Positions 14,110 to 26,800 of a stretch of DNA of 64,000 bases are shown here, piece after piece; the stretch's first letter is position 1, and each line of letters starts with the position of its first letter. The notes under the pieces are model-generated. The model searched no databases. It worked only from the letters and a program-made list of their open reading frames with translations, and was not told the origin of the DNA. Where the stretch lies: positions 44,627,175-44,691,174 of the forward strand of contig NC_069000.1 of NCBI RefSeq assembly GCF_001194135.2, written 5' to 3'. The stretch is from Octopus bimaculoides. Its lineage: Eukaryota. A program made the translations under genes and the position numbers.

Positions 14110-17100
14110 CTACAAAACAAATGACACAACAGAAACAAACATTAAGAAAATATGTTAGAAGAATAAAAAGAACGACAGAAAACAATTCTTACTAATTTTA
14201 ACCCAAGGCTAGCAGTTCTGATGTGAAAGGGCAGGTTGATTACATCAACCCTAGTACATGACTGGTACTCAAGATCCCTAAAGGATGAAAGGCAAAACTT
14301 GACCTCAGAACTTAATGCCAAAAGAAATACTGTTAAGCATTTTGACCAGCATTCTAATGGTTCAACCATTCAACCGGCACACTACCTTAATAATAATAAT
14401 AATAATAATCCTTTCAACTGAAAGTAGAAGGCCTGAAATTTGGGGTAAGGAGACTAGTTGATTACACCGGCCCCAGTGTTTCACTGGTACTAAATTTATC
14501 AACCCCGAAAGGATGAAAGGGAAAGTCGACCTCAGTGGAATTTGAGCTCAGAACATGAAAACGGACAAGCATTTTGCTCAGCGTGCTAAGGATTCTGCCA
14601 GCTTACCACCTTAAATAATAATAATAATAGTTATAGGGTGTGATGGTAATGGCTGCAGTAGAACTGTGGTAGTGATGTTGGCTTTAGTGTAGTAGTGGTT
14701 GTAGTAGTGCTGTGATGGTGGTGTCGGTGACGGTAGTGTTAGGGAGGCTGGGAAAGGTTACTGTTGTTCCACCCACCCCTGTTTTATTTATTTATTTATT
14801 TATTTATTGCAAAAAGAATCTCTGGGCAGATGGGAAGGAGAGGAAGCGTGCAGAAGGAGGGGGAGGGAGAGGAAGCAATCAGGATGCAGTGGCAGTTAAT
14901 ATCTATGTTGCTTAGCAACAGATCAGTCACTCCACGCCATCACCACTCCAATATACACAACTACATCCCAATTCAGATATCACACACACACACACACACA
15001 CACAAGCAGGCATACACACACAGACAGCCAAACATGTAGATACATGCACACACACACACACACCTAAACATACACAAGATATTATCACCTCTGCAAGATA
15101 AGAAGCCGGTGGATTGAAAATACAGGCAGGAGAGAGAGAGAAAGAAAAGGGGTAGATGGAGAAAGAGATAGAGAAAGAGTGGGGGAGAGAGAGTGAGAGA
15201 GAGAGAGAGAGACAGAAAGGAGACTGGTAAGAGAAGTATGTATGGAAATACATCAATATGTATATGAATGCAAATGTGTGTAGATGAGCGTGTGTGTGTG
15301 TGTGTGTGTGTATGCGTGAGTATATATATATATATATATGTATGTATGTACATATATATATGTGTGTCTGCATGCGTAAATAAAAATATGTGTGTATATG
15401 TGTGTGTTTGTAAATGAATGTGTGTGTGTGTGTAGATGAATGTGTGTGTGTGTGTAGATGAATGTGTGTGTGTGTGTGTGTNNNNNNNNNNNNNNNNNNN
15501 NNNNNNNNNNNNNNNNNNNNNNNNNNNNNNNNNNNNNNNNNNNNNNNNNNNNNNNNNNNNNNNNNNNNNNNNNNNNNNNNNNNNNNNNNNNNNNNNNNNN
15601 NNNNNNNNNNNNNNNNNNNNNNNNNNNNNNNNNNNNNNNNNNNNNNNNNNNNNNNNNNNNNNNNNNNNNNNNNNNNNNNNNNNNNNNNNNNNNNNNNNNN
15701 NNNNNNNNNNNNNNNNNNNNNNNNNNNNNNNNNNNNNNNNNNNNNNNNNNNNNNNNNNNNNNNNNNNNNNNNNNNNNNNNNNNNNNNNNNNNNNNNNNNN
15801 NNNNNNNNNNNNNNNNNNNNNNNNNNNNNNNNNNNNNNNNNNNNNNNNNNNNNNNNNNNNNNNNNNNNNNNNNNNNNNNNNNNNNNNNNNNNNNNNNNNN
15901 NNNNNNNNNNNNNNNNNNNNNNNNNNNNNNNNNNNNNNNNNNNNNNNNNNNNNNNNNNNNNNNNNNNNNNNNNNNNNNNNNNNNNNNNNNNNNNNNNNNN
16001 NNNNNNNNNNNNNNNNNNNNNNNNNNNNNNNNNNNNNNNNNNNNNNNNNNNNNNNNNNNNNNNNNNNNNNNNNNNNNNNNNNNNNNNNNNNNNNNNNNNN
16101 NNNNNNNNNNNNNNNNNNNNNNNNNNNNNNNNNNNNNNNNNNNNNNNNNNNNNNNNNNNNNNNNNNNNNNNNNNNNNNNNNNNNNNNNNNNNNNNNNNNN
16201 NNNNNNNNNNNNNNNNNNNNNNNNNNNNNNNNNNNNNNNNNNNNNNNNNNNNNNNNNNNNNNNNNNNNNNNNNNNNNNNNNNNNNNNNNNNNNNNNNNNN
16301 NNNNNNNNNNNNNNNNNNNNNNNNNNNNNNNNNNACAAGGCTTTGGTCAGCCCAAAATTCCACGTAGCAGGGCTGAACCTGGAACCAAGTCATTGGGAAG
16401 CACACTTTTTACCACACAGCCACACCTTAATAATAATAATAATCCTCACCATTGTTGAATGTCCACTTTTCCATGCTTGCACAGGTCAGATGGAATTTAC
16501 TGAGGCAGATGTTCTAAGGGTGAATGCCCTTCCTGTCACCAACCCTCACCTGTTTCCCAAGCAAGGTAATATTTTCATGAGAAACTGCAAACAAACAACC
16601 TCGCATGTATGATGGTGATGCTCATTTACAACCATCATGTAAGAGTATGCGCAAATGCATGTATGTGCACATGTGCGCTTTTTACATGTCGGTTATGTGG
16701 TGTCACGTAAAAGGCACCTTTCGAGCATTGAGCCTCACAGTGTCAAAGTGGCCGATGCCAGTGGCACATGAAAAGCTCCTTTCGAGTGTCGGGCCTCACA
16801 GAAGCAATAAAAAATGACCGAGACCTTGGCAGATACTGGTGTCATGCAAATGGCACCCATGCCAGTGGCACGTATAAGCACTCATTACACTCTCAGAGTG
16901 GTTGGCGTTAGGAAGGGCATCCAGCCATAGAAACCATGCCAAATCAGGAGTTTGGTGCAGCCTTCCAGCTTACCAGCCCTGATCAAACTGTCCAACCCAC
17001 GCCAACATGGACAATGGATGTTAAATGACGATGATGATGATGATGATATATATACATATATATATAAACACAAGTGTGTTTTAAAATTTACGACAGCTGT

Positions 17101-17384
17101 TTAGATAGAATTTTTGGTAAAATCTTAAACAGGTGAGATAATACCATGAAGGCAAATCCAATCTGTGTTGGATAGATTCATCATCATCATCAAGATATTA
17201 TCTCACTTGTTTATAACTTTATCTGAAGATGGTAGATTATACGTTATGACATAATCTATGAATACATCTATAAAATTCTACTGAAACAGCTGTTGGAAAT
17301 TTTTAAACCTATTTATGCTCCTTTTTTTTTTGTGCCTATGTTGCACCTAGAACTAGTCCAAAGTCAGATCTACAGCTTAAATAA

Positions 17385-17595
17385 GGCAGCGAGCTAGCAG
17401 AAACGTTAGCACACCGGGCGAAATGCTTAGCGGTATTTTGTCTGTCTTTAGGTTCTGAGTTCAAATTCCTCAGAGGTTGACGTTAGCTTTCATCCTTTCA
17501 GGGTCAATAAATTAAGTACCAGTTGCGTACTGGATCAATCTAATCGGCTGGTCCCCTTCCCAAAAATTTCGGGCCTTGTGCCTAGAGTAGAAAAG
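17385..17595 (+). mobile_element. Abundant ~200-bp tRNA-related SINE family (representative copy)
   Basis: ggcagcgagctagcagaaacgttagc...gagttcaaattc...catcctttcaggggtcaataaattaagtaccagt...ttgtgcctagagtagaaa; many copies elsewhere (6.2-8.0, 14.2-14.6, 33.7-34.4, 47.7, 53.8, 54.3-54.8, 56.7, 59.8-60.1 kb). Confidence 0.75.
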
Positions 17596-20500
17596 ATCTA
17601 CAGCTTAAACTGGATTTGGTATTTACATATCCACAATATCCCACAAACACCTGATACCTTCATGCTTGTTTTTACCTCACTGTGAACCTGATGGTATTGC
17701 ACCTAGCCATTTGTGGCGTCCTACATCTTGATGTACCTGGATTCTATTGAATCCTATAGCTAATCTATATGTGTGTGTGTGTTGTTAATATGCTTCTATA
17801 ATGCAAAACATAACCACTTATTTAGGACTGCATATGCCCTATAACATTCCAATACATACACCCAGTAAATATATTCGTGTTAAAATACACCTGAACACAT
17901 AATGTAGGTGTGCAGGCTGTAATAATAAAGATGATTGATTTAATGACTTTAATCTATTTTCCAAATAAAGGATCTTTAATTTCACACATCAAAAGCAAAA
18001 AGACTGCTCACGTCATGAAAGTGCACACACACACATATATGCAAACAAACGGATGCACACATACACACACAATATATATGTAATTTTGGGGACTAATGGG
18101 TATAAGTGAATTAATGTTGAGTAAAGCACTTTCACAGTATGGGGCTACCTGGTGTCATCCATGGTTGGAGTATATTTTTCTGCTGGATTTACATCAGGAA
18201 TTCTGCAGTGTTGGTTGAGGTAATAATAATCGATGAAGGAAACAGAGGATAGATTTGGTATTAGACTTTATTCAGTACGACAATTGTTTCGACCCATCCT
18301 GCAACTGTCCATTATGGGTACGATTTTGTGCATGAATCTCCACAGTTTGTGGAGATGCATAATCATCATCATCATTTAACATCTGCCTTCCATGCAGGCA
18401 TAAATGATATATATACATACATACATATATATAAGGAGAGAGAGAGAGATGGTGCCATATAAAAAGCACCAAGTACACTCTGTAAAGTGGTTGAAATTAG
18501 GAAGGGCATCCAGTCATAGAAACCCTGCTGAAGCACAATTGGAGCCTGGTGCAGCTCTCTTGCTGGCCAGCTCCTGAAACCATCCAACCCATGCCAGCAT
18601 GGAAAGCAGAAGTTAAATGATGATGATGATGATACACGTACATACTTACAGATATATAAAAATCTGCCCCAATGAATGCTGTCTGCAAGCATGAAAAAGT
18701 GGATGTTATAAATGATGATGATGGTATTCATATCATCATCCTCTTTACGTCTGTTGTCCCCATGCTTGCATGGGTCGGACAAGTACTGTCCAGTACATCA
18801 TACTCCCATCACTTGCAGTATTCCTTTGTCATAATTTAACCCCTTAACTCTTAACATAAAGCCACCACTCTTAGGGTGTATAGCCTTGCAAGTTGTGCGA
18901 CTACCTCACTAGTGCCTGCAGCACATAAAACAAAACACCCAGTACACTCTGTAAAGTGGCTGATGTTAGGAAGGGCATTCAGCTGTAGAAACCATGCCAA
19001 AGCAGACCAGACATTGATGTAGTCTTTGGCCCAAGCAAATCCTGTCAGATCATCCAGCCTATAACATTGTGGAACATGGACATTAATCCTTTATAATACT
19101 TTATTAATCCATATTGTTTCAAACTAACCATGGCCCTATCTCATAAATTCGAGATTCCAATGATGTAACTGTTTATATTTAAAGTAACAGTGCGGGGTAG
19201 GTGTGAGAGGCCAGATCTGGCCAATTTAATCATAAAATGGAACAAACATCTGAGCCAGACATGGCTTGTTTAAACGTTGTTCCCTCGAACTGGCACAGGT
19301 CATTAGAGTGTTGAGTAGAATGCCTTGTGGTATTTCTTCCAGCTCCCACTCTGTGCTCTGAGTTCAAATCTGCTTTTCATCCTTTTGGGGTTGATAAAAA
19401 ACAAGTCTCAGGTGAGAGTGATCGACTGTTAGAATTATCAGAGCATCAGATGGGATACCTTGTCATTGCAGTTCCAGCTTTATGTCTTGTGAGTTCAAAT
19501 CCCACCCTGAGACTGAGAAATAGTGACATCTTCTGACAGAAGTTGCGAATAAAAGATAGTGCATCCATCCTCATTTATCACAGAAGTTTGGTTCCAAAAA
19601 CACTGATAAAAGAATCATCTCCATGCGTTTTGTAAATGGAATGAATAATAAATTCACATATTTTTATTGATCATCTCTACATTTTCCTGTACACTTGTTT
19701 GTGTATTTTTGCTAGGATTAAGTGCCTTCATACAAATGAATGGTAGAATCACCAGCACAAACTTCGTGGCTCAGAGCAGCAAAGTTTCTACCATCATCTA
19801 ATTATTTTCATCATCTCTACCTTCTCCCATATCAAATATATTCCTCGGTTAGAATCAGGACGCCTTGGTATTTTCTCGGTTCACAGGTCTCATGTTGATG
19901 GGTGTGAGTATATAAATCCATATAATAAAAATCCACAGCCTCATACCCGGTCATGTGAGTACAAGTGATGGTCAGTGCATTTTGGAGAGCTGAACCTCAT
20001 GGGTGGTCACTGGAGAATTGCTTTTGTGGCACAAACAGAACATTGGACTGATCACCAACCTGTGTTATCACAATTCAGTCCATGATAAGCGTAACACAAT
20101 CCACAAGTGAGCATACTGTTTCACCACCGATCAGTGTTGAATGAATCAGTGATAACCAATGCTTGCATATATCTTCTATCTTTTACTTGTTTCAGTCATT
20201 AGACTGCGGCCATGCTGGGGCATTGCCTCGGAGAATTTTTGGCAAACAAGTTGATCCTAGTACTTACTTTTCTTTTTAGCCTCCAATCTTCTATGGAAAA
20301 TATGTCTGGCCATGGGGGAATATTACCTTACTTGGAAACATGTACAGTTGGGGACAGAAAGGTCATCCAGCTGCCTCAACAAATTCAAGCCAACCCATGC
20401 AAGCATGGAAAAGTGAACATTACAATAATGATGATGCACACATATAGTTTAAAGGTGTGTGGCTATGTGATTAAGGTGTTTGCTTCCCAATTGTGTGGTT

Positions 20501-21883
20501 GTAGGTTCAATCCCACTGAGTGGCACCTAAGGTAGGCCTAGGTATTTTGTCTTTTTATTCTTTTACATGAGTCAGTCATTTGACTGTGGCCATGCTGGAG
20601 CATCGTATTTAGTCAAATAAATCAACCCCAGGACTTATTCTTCGTAAGCCTAAAACTTATTATGTCGATCGCTTTTGCCGAACTGCTAAGTTACGGGGAC
20701 GTAAACACACCAACATCGGTTGTCAAGCGATGGTGGGAGACAAACACAGACACACAAACATATACATACATACAATGGGCTTCTTTCAGTTTCCATTTAC
20801 CAAATCAACTCACAAGGCTTTGGTCAGCTCGGGGCTATAGTAGAAGACACTTGCTGAAGGTGCCACACTGAGGGACTGAACCCAGAACCATGGGAGGCAA
20901 GCAACCTACCACACCTGCACCTATGTTTAGAAATATGTCTGTGTGCTTGTTTAAATTTGCACCGCTCTCAAATTTGCTCAGCAACACGCAGTGATGTTAT
21001 TGTCATTTCCCCATATCAATGGATCACCTGCTAACTTTGTAATCTTGAAGATGTGTGGAAATAAGATGTCTAGCATTTGTAAAACACTGGTGAGGGTTAG
21101 CAACAGGATGGGCATTCAGCTGTCAAAAACTTGCCACAATAATATATTCATCAAACTCATGCTGGCATGGAAAACAGACATAAAATGAACCAACAAAATA
21201 TACGTTTGAGAATGTCTATATACACACACATACGTGTGTGTATACATACATATATATATATTTTTTCTTTTATTTGTTTCAGTCACTTAACTGCGGCCAT
21301 GCTGGAGCACCACCTTTAGTTGAACAAATTGACCCTAGGACTTATTCTTTGCAATCCTAATACTTACTCTTTTAGTCTTTTTTGCCGAACCGCTTAGTTA
21401 CAGGGTCGTAAACACATTAACATCGGTTGTCAAGACACACAAACATATACATATGATGGGTTTTCAGTTTCCATCTACCAAATCCAATCACAAGACTTTG
21501 GACAGCCCGGGGACTGAACCTGGAACCATGTGGTTGGGAAGCAAGCTTTTTACCACACAGCCACACTTATAATGTTAATGTTTGTTTTTACGCTCAGTTA
21601 TTATAAAAGCAATTTTACATTAATCAGATGGGTTACTCTACATATATGTGGGTGTGTGTATATATATATATTTGTATATATACATATGCATATATTTGTA
21701 TATTTATATACACACATATGTATATATGCATAGACATATATATGTTTATACACATGAACACAGATGTACATTATATGTATAGCAATATATATATATATAT
21801 ACATGTACATACATACATACTATATAAGCATTAACATAATGAGCTGTAAACATTATCCTATCATTACAATTTGAATTACTCAC

Positions 21884-23798
21884 CTTGACTAATGAGTGGC
21901 GAAAATGAAGACCCCAACATGTATTCAAGCTTCCTCTCTAGGGTCCCTACATCTTCTAATTGCCCAAAGTCAGCTCCTGTTTCGCCCGGACTGAATGTGG
22001 ATTTTTTCTTCTTGCGCTTCATTGCTTTCGGTGTAAATGAACAGGATGAATTACCAGTCTTCTGTTGACCACCAATGTCCAGTAATGTCAAATTGTTACT
22101 TTGGTCGCTCTGGCCAGCTTTCGCCGCCGTTCCTTTGCTCGATGGATCAAGTGAACTTTGAATGGCATCCAGGTTTAACAGATCTTCACTTCGAGGAGTC
22201 ATTATCTCAGTTCGTACACAGTCAACTTGGGTTGGCTTATAGTTAGGCTTGAGATAAGGAAAAGCCCCATCTCTATCAGAGAGGCCCAAACCTTGAGCTG
22301 CACTAATATAAGAAAATCCACCATCTCTTTCATTCGTTCCAGTTTTACCATTCTCTTCACTGATATTACTTTGGGGTGATGTCAGGCAATCAAAGCCCAT
22401 TTCTTTATCAGTCATGTCTTTATTTTGGTTAGAATGCAAGTGAGAAAATATTCCAGAAGTATCTGCTTTATCTGCCATACCCTGTTTGTTGAGGCCATCC
22501 TTTTCCATAGTTGAGTCCATACAAGGTAAAACAGCCCCACCAGCCGATCCGCGCTCCATCCCAGGTTTGTGTCCACCTTGCTGGTTCCTATTCTGGCACT
22601 GACTGTTGTTCTCTTTCATGTAAGAGTATTCTCCATTGGAATTTTTCTGACTTGAATCTAGATAAGACAAATCTCCTTGCCTGTTGTTCTTGTCACATTG
22701 GTTGGTGAACCCTGATCCATCCTGGGTATTACAAACATTTTTATCATTTTGACTTAAATAGCTGAAATCATCTTGTCTATCATTTGGGTCTTTCTGGCCT
22801 TGTTGCTCCATGGATGGAAATCCTTGATTACGACCTGATATATTCTTTGAGTTCATTCTCATGAAAGACAGGTTGTCGCCGGCTTGTCTCATCAGTAATT
22901 CAGCAGTTGAGGTCTTTTTCCGCCCCCTCTTACAAGAAGATCCCAATATCTGTGCTATAGCTTTTCTCCTTTCGACGCGCATTCGCGCATTTTCTTTCAT
23001 ACGTATCAGTCTTTTGTGTCTACCATCTGCGTCTTCGGTCTGCATTCGATTCCGTTGGTTTTTTTGAAGTCTCTGCAAGCGCCTCGATCGATCAGGCTCA
23101 CTTTCGATATCAATCCGTCGATGTTGATTTATCCTTAACCGCATCAACCTAGCTTCCCTCTCCGCTAAAGTTTCTCGGGCACGTTTAGCCCGTTCGTAAG
23201 CTTTCATCTGCTCCAGCCGCATCTGTTTGTCTTCCAGTGACATATTAGCGTAACGTTTCCTCTGATATTCTCTCTTTCGGATCTTTTTTTCGCTTCTTTT
23301 CTCGTCGTCAACTGAAAACGATCGAGATTGTCTATCGATCCGGCAGTTACCGATCTGATGATCAGAATAGCAGCCATAGCTATAGTTGCCATCACAAAAA
23401 ATCTCGGAAGTGGTGTTACAGTCTAAACATCCGTTTGAAGAATTGAGAAAAACATCCGGATCGCTGTCATACAAGCTTTCGAAGTTACTGAGGTCAGTTC
23501 GGTCGCAGACCTTCCGCGTTTTCGTAGTCTTAGCATGTATTTTACATTCGATGTAGTTGTTTGTGGGCTTTATGTTCTGTTCGGAGAGAGGGAAATACCA
23601 TAAGAGGATTTTACCGTTGTGGGTCACACAAAAGTTCTTGCTATCGTAGATAGTTCGACTAAGGATGTCACAGAGCGTCTGGTGAGGTTGAAAATCGAGA
23701 GTAAAATCACGTCCTGAATCGATTCTGAAGCAAATCTTCATTGCTGCTCCACTACTCGCTTGTCCTTTCGACATATCACTATAGTTGCAATCAGACAT
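21884..23798 (-). CDS. Exon 1 (coding) of a UBL + STPR-repeat + zinc-finger protein: ubiquitin-like domain (~23529-23741) and four 23-aa STPR-type repeats (22968-23243)
   Basis: 640-aa ORF with normal coding composition. MKICFRIDSGRDFTLDFQPHQTL...THNGKILL...LSEQNIKP aligns by eye to ubiquitin. Repeats MSLEDKQMRLEQMKAYERAKRAR / ETLAEREARLMRLRINQHRRIDI / ESEPDRSRRLQRLQKNQRNRMQT / EDADGRHKRLIRMKENARMRVER are each exactly 23 aa. The ORF ends across a donor CAAG|GTGAGT (phase 1, last exon base 21884). Confidence 0.85.
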
Positions 23799-23879
23799 GA
23801 CTTTCTTCCTTCTTACTCTTCTCTGCTTGATGTTGACAATAAAGACTTTACACGTGAATCCTTAAAACTGGAATGCGAG

Positions 23880-24300
23880 TCTTGAGCTAAGTCTTTCAAA
23901 TGAATGTAATTGGTAAAAAAAAATTGGGGAACATCACAGCCCAAAATGCTGCCTGACATGAACTACATTCCGAGCAAATAGGCGAATAGCAGCCGGGTAA
24001 GCCAACAACGGTTGGTATAAAACTCGGACAGGAAGTCAGCTGAAAAACAACGCACGGCAAAATAAATCAGCCGTAGAAAATATAACTTCTTCAAATGTTC
24101 GTTTTCATGGAAGTAACCTAAAAGAAAATTATTTTAACGATGTTGTTATAATGTAATTAAACTTTAAAGCTTTATAAAGGAGGCATTAGCACTTACAATA
24201 GAAAGTTTAGAATTTGTGAAAGTATCGTTTTTCGTCGAAACCATTCCGTGTTGTATATAAACCCTAGGCAGCTCTATGGAAAATGGCTGAATGTTATCAA
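23880..24300. promoter_or_regulatory. Putative promoter/5' region of the STPR gene
   Basis: Repeat-free, relatively CpG-rich stretch just upstream of the ATG, with an ETS-like CAGGAAGT at ~24029. Confidence 0.35.
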
Positions 24301-26529
24301 AGTTTCGATCTCCAAATCCTAAATTTCCTCAGAAATAGAAAAAAATAAGTATTTTCTCTTCAGTATTTTCTTCTTTTGAACCATTCTTGTTTTTTACTTG
24401 TAACGCTGGCATCAGAAATACGTTTTTCCATGTGTTTATTAACGAAAATCCCAAGCTATTCGACCCACAAAATAACAAACAAATTAGAATCGAGCGAAAT
24501 AAGAAACATTTATTTCCTGGGAAAATTGCCAAAGCTTAAATTCCACGTAATTTAATCTCACCATTATTTATTATAAGTTTCTCATTATAAACTAACTATA
24601 TTTTCCACGATGGAAATTATCTATAGTCACCATTGTCTCGATATAGCAATGAAGTCATTCTCTTCTATGGCTATTACTATTATTAGTAGTAGTAGTATCT
24701 GTTCCAGTTTCCTCGCATTAACATAGATCGTTATCAGTGGAAACTGCTTCGTTCTCGTGACTCCCACTACAATCTTATATATTTACGTATGTCTCTGTAG
24801 ATGTATGTATCTATCTCTCCATATGTAGATATAGCATTCTCGCTATACATACTCCCTCCCGCCTATCTTTCTATCTACCTGCCTACCTATCATTTATACA
24901 CACATATATACATGTATATTTATATATACGACCTTGCTTCACTCCTTTGTTCATCTGTGTCTGGTCGTAATTAGACTATATATATAATTATAATATATAT
25001 ATATTATTATGTCATATATCATTTTATATATGCATACATATCTATCCTGTGTGTCGTGGGAGGAATAACAAGCATGGTTTTGTATTTCTAGTCTTTGTTG
25101 ATTTTAAAACAAAAACCAGATTTTAAATAAAATAATTCCGAATCAATTTAGTTCCGAGTATTTATTTTACTTCTTTTTTTTTTTCCTTTTTCTTGAGATT
25201 AATTATCAAGTTTGCATTACTTATTACTATTAAATTGCTACAGTATTTTTAATTAAATCGTAATACATTTGTTGTGAACGTATTTCTATATTTATAAACA
25301 ATACACGCACATGGGGAGGGAGAGAGAGAAAGAGATGTGAGTGTGTGTGTATCTCTCTTTCTCTCGCGCGCTCTCTGTTTATACTAACATTTACGAACCA
25401 GCAAGGGGTTCTCAATGTGGTCGCTTCACCTACCAGCTAGAAATAGCAGCCAAATCACCCCTCTCCTTCCCAGTCACTGCCTACTGTCTTTAAAAAAGTA
25501 GAAAGCATTGAGAATGGAATCGTAGTTACGCTATGTTTGAAAATAATAGATGGATGGCCATGACTAGAGCAACGAGAGCTCATTAATCTGCCTTATCTAA
25601 GCTGGTCTATATCCACTGACCTTCCTATATATGTATATCATCATCATCGTGTACACACATGTATACATGAGATCCAAGTTCCGATTTTTCGAGCCCTGAT
25701 GGTCTGGAATCTCTTATCTGCATTAATTTTCGAGCAAGGACGTCAAATTCCCGTGGCCACCAGACTAGTTTACTTAGTGCCTTGCATTTTACTAATAAAT
25801 CAACAGGTATTTATACCAACACACGGGTACCTGTATTTCATTTAATATTTGATATTTGTTTAATTCAGAGTGTGTTGACCAAGGTGACCATCCCTGGTTC
25901 AGAAATATCTAATTCAGGTCTTTGGAAACAATGGTTCCAGGAAATTGATGTACCAATGTGTATGTGTGTAGGGTGTTCGGGCTAAATTTGACAGTCTGCA
26001 TAAAAGGAAAAGAAAATAATATCTCATTCAAAAAATAAGAGTATTTTTTTTAAAATCCAAAAATGTCAACTAGATTATGAGCGATAAAAATTAACTCAAA
26101 GTATCTGTCCTCATCTTCCACCACAGTCTCAAGACAGCTTCAGAACTGCGTCACTGTCATCATCATTATCATCATCGTTTAACGTCCATTTTCCATGCTG
26201 GGGTCTGGGATGCCAGGTGGCTGCACCAGGCCCCAATCTGATCTGCCAGTGTTTCTACAGCTGGATGCCCTTCCCAACGCTAACCACTCCGAGAGTGTAG
26301 TAGGTGCTTTTTACGTGCCACCAGCACAGGGGACGGAGGAGCTGGCATCGACCACGATTGGATGGTGCTTTTTATGTGCTGCCGGCACAAAAGCCAGTCA
26401 AAGTGGCACTGGCATCGGCCACATTCGGATGGTGCTTTTTACGTGCTGCTGGCACAGGGCTCACAACTACCTCTAGTAAAATCTTGGTGCTGCAGGTAGA
26501 ACGGTTGGCGTCTTTCTCAGCTGCTCGGG

Positions 26530-26800
26530 GGAATTGGGAAACTGGAGCTGGTGAAGTCCTAGGAATTCACCAACAACCACTTCCGACTCTTTCCAGAGAT
26601 ATAGCAAGGAGCTGAATCCTGCAGCCACACATGTGGCCTTCCAGCAGCAATTCTCTCCAGCCAGGGTTTGATCACAGTCTCCAGAAACTTCACATAGCTA
26701 TTTGAACTGAGTCTGAGGCCATGTTCAATGATTGTAGGGTGGCATGACATCACCCAAAGACCATCACAGTTTGGGGTAACTTGGTTTTCACAATGTCCAT
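26530..26800 (-). mobile_element. Tc1/mariner-family transposase fragment (degenerate)
   Basis: HGLRLSSNSYVKFLETVIKPWLERIAAGRPHVWLQDSAPCYISGKSRKWL resembles the second catalytic Asp region (QDxAPxH) of DDE/DDD transposases. Confidence 0.8.

Noticed and set aside
14110-14185. Hydrophobic signal-peptide-like start (MFSVVLFILLTYF...) of the 330-aa ORF
   Set aside because: It is the translated polypyrimidine tract upstream of the acceptor at 14110.
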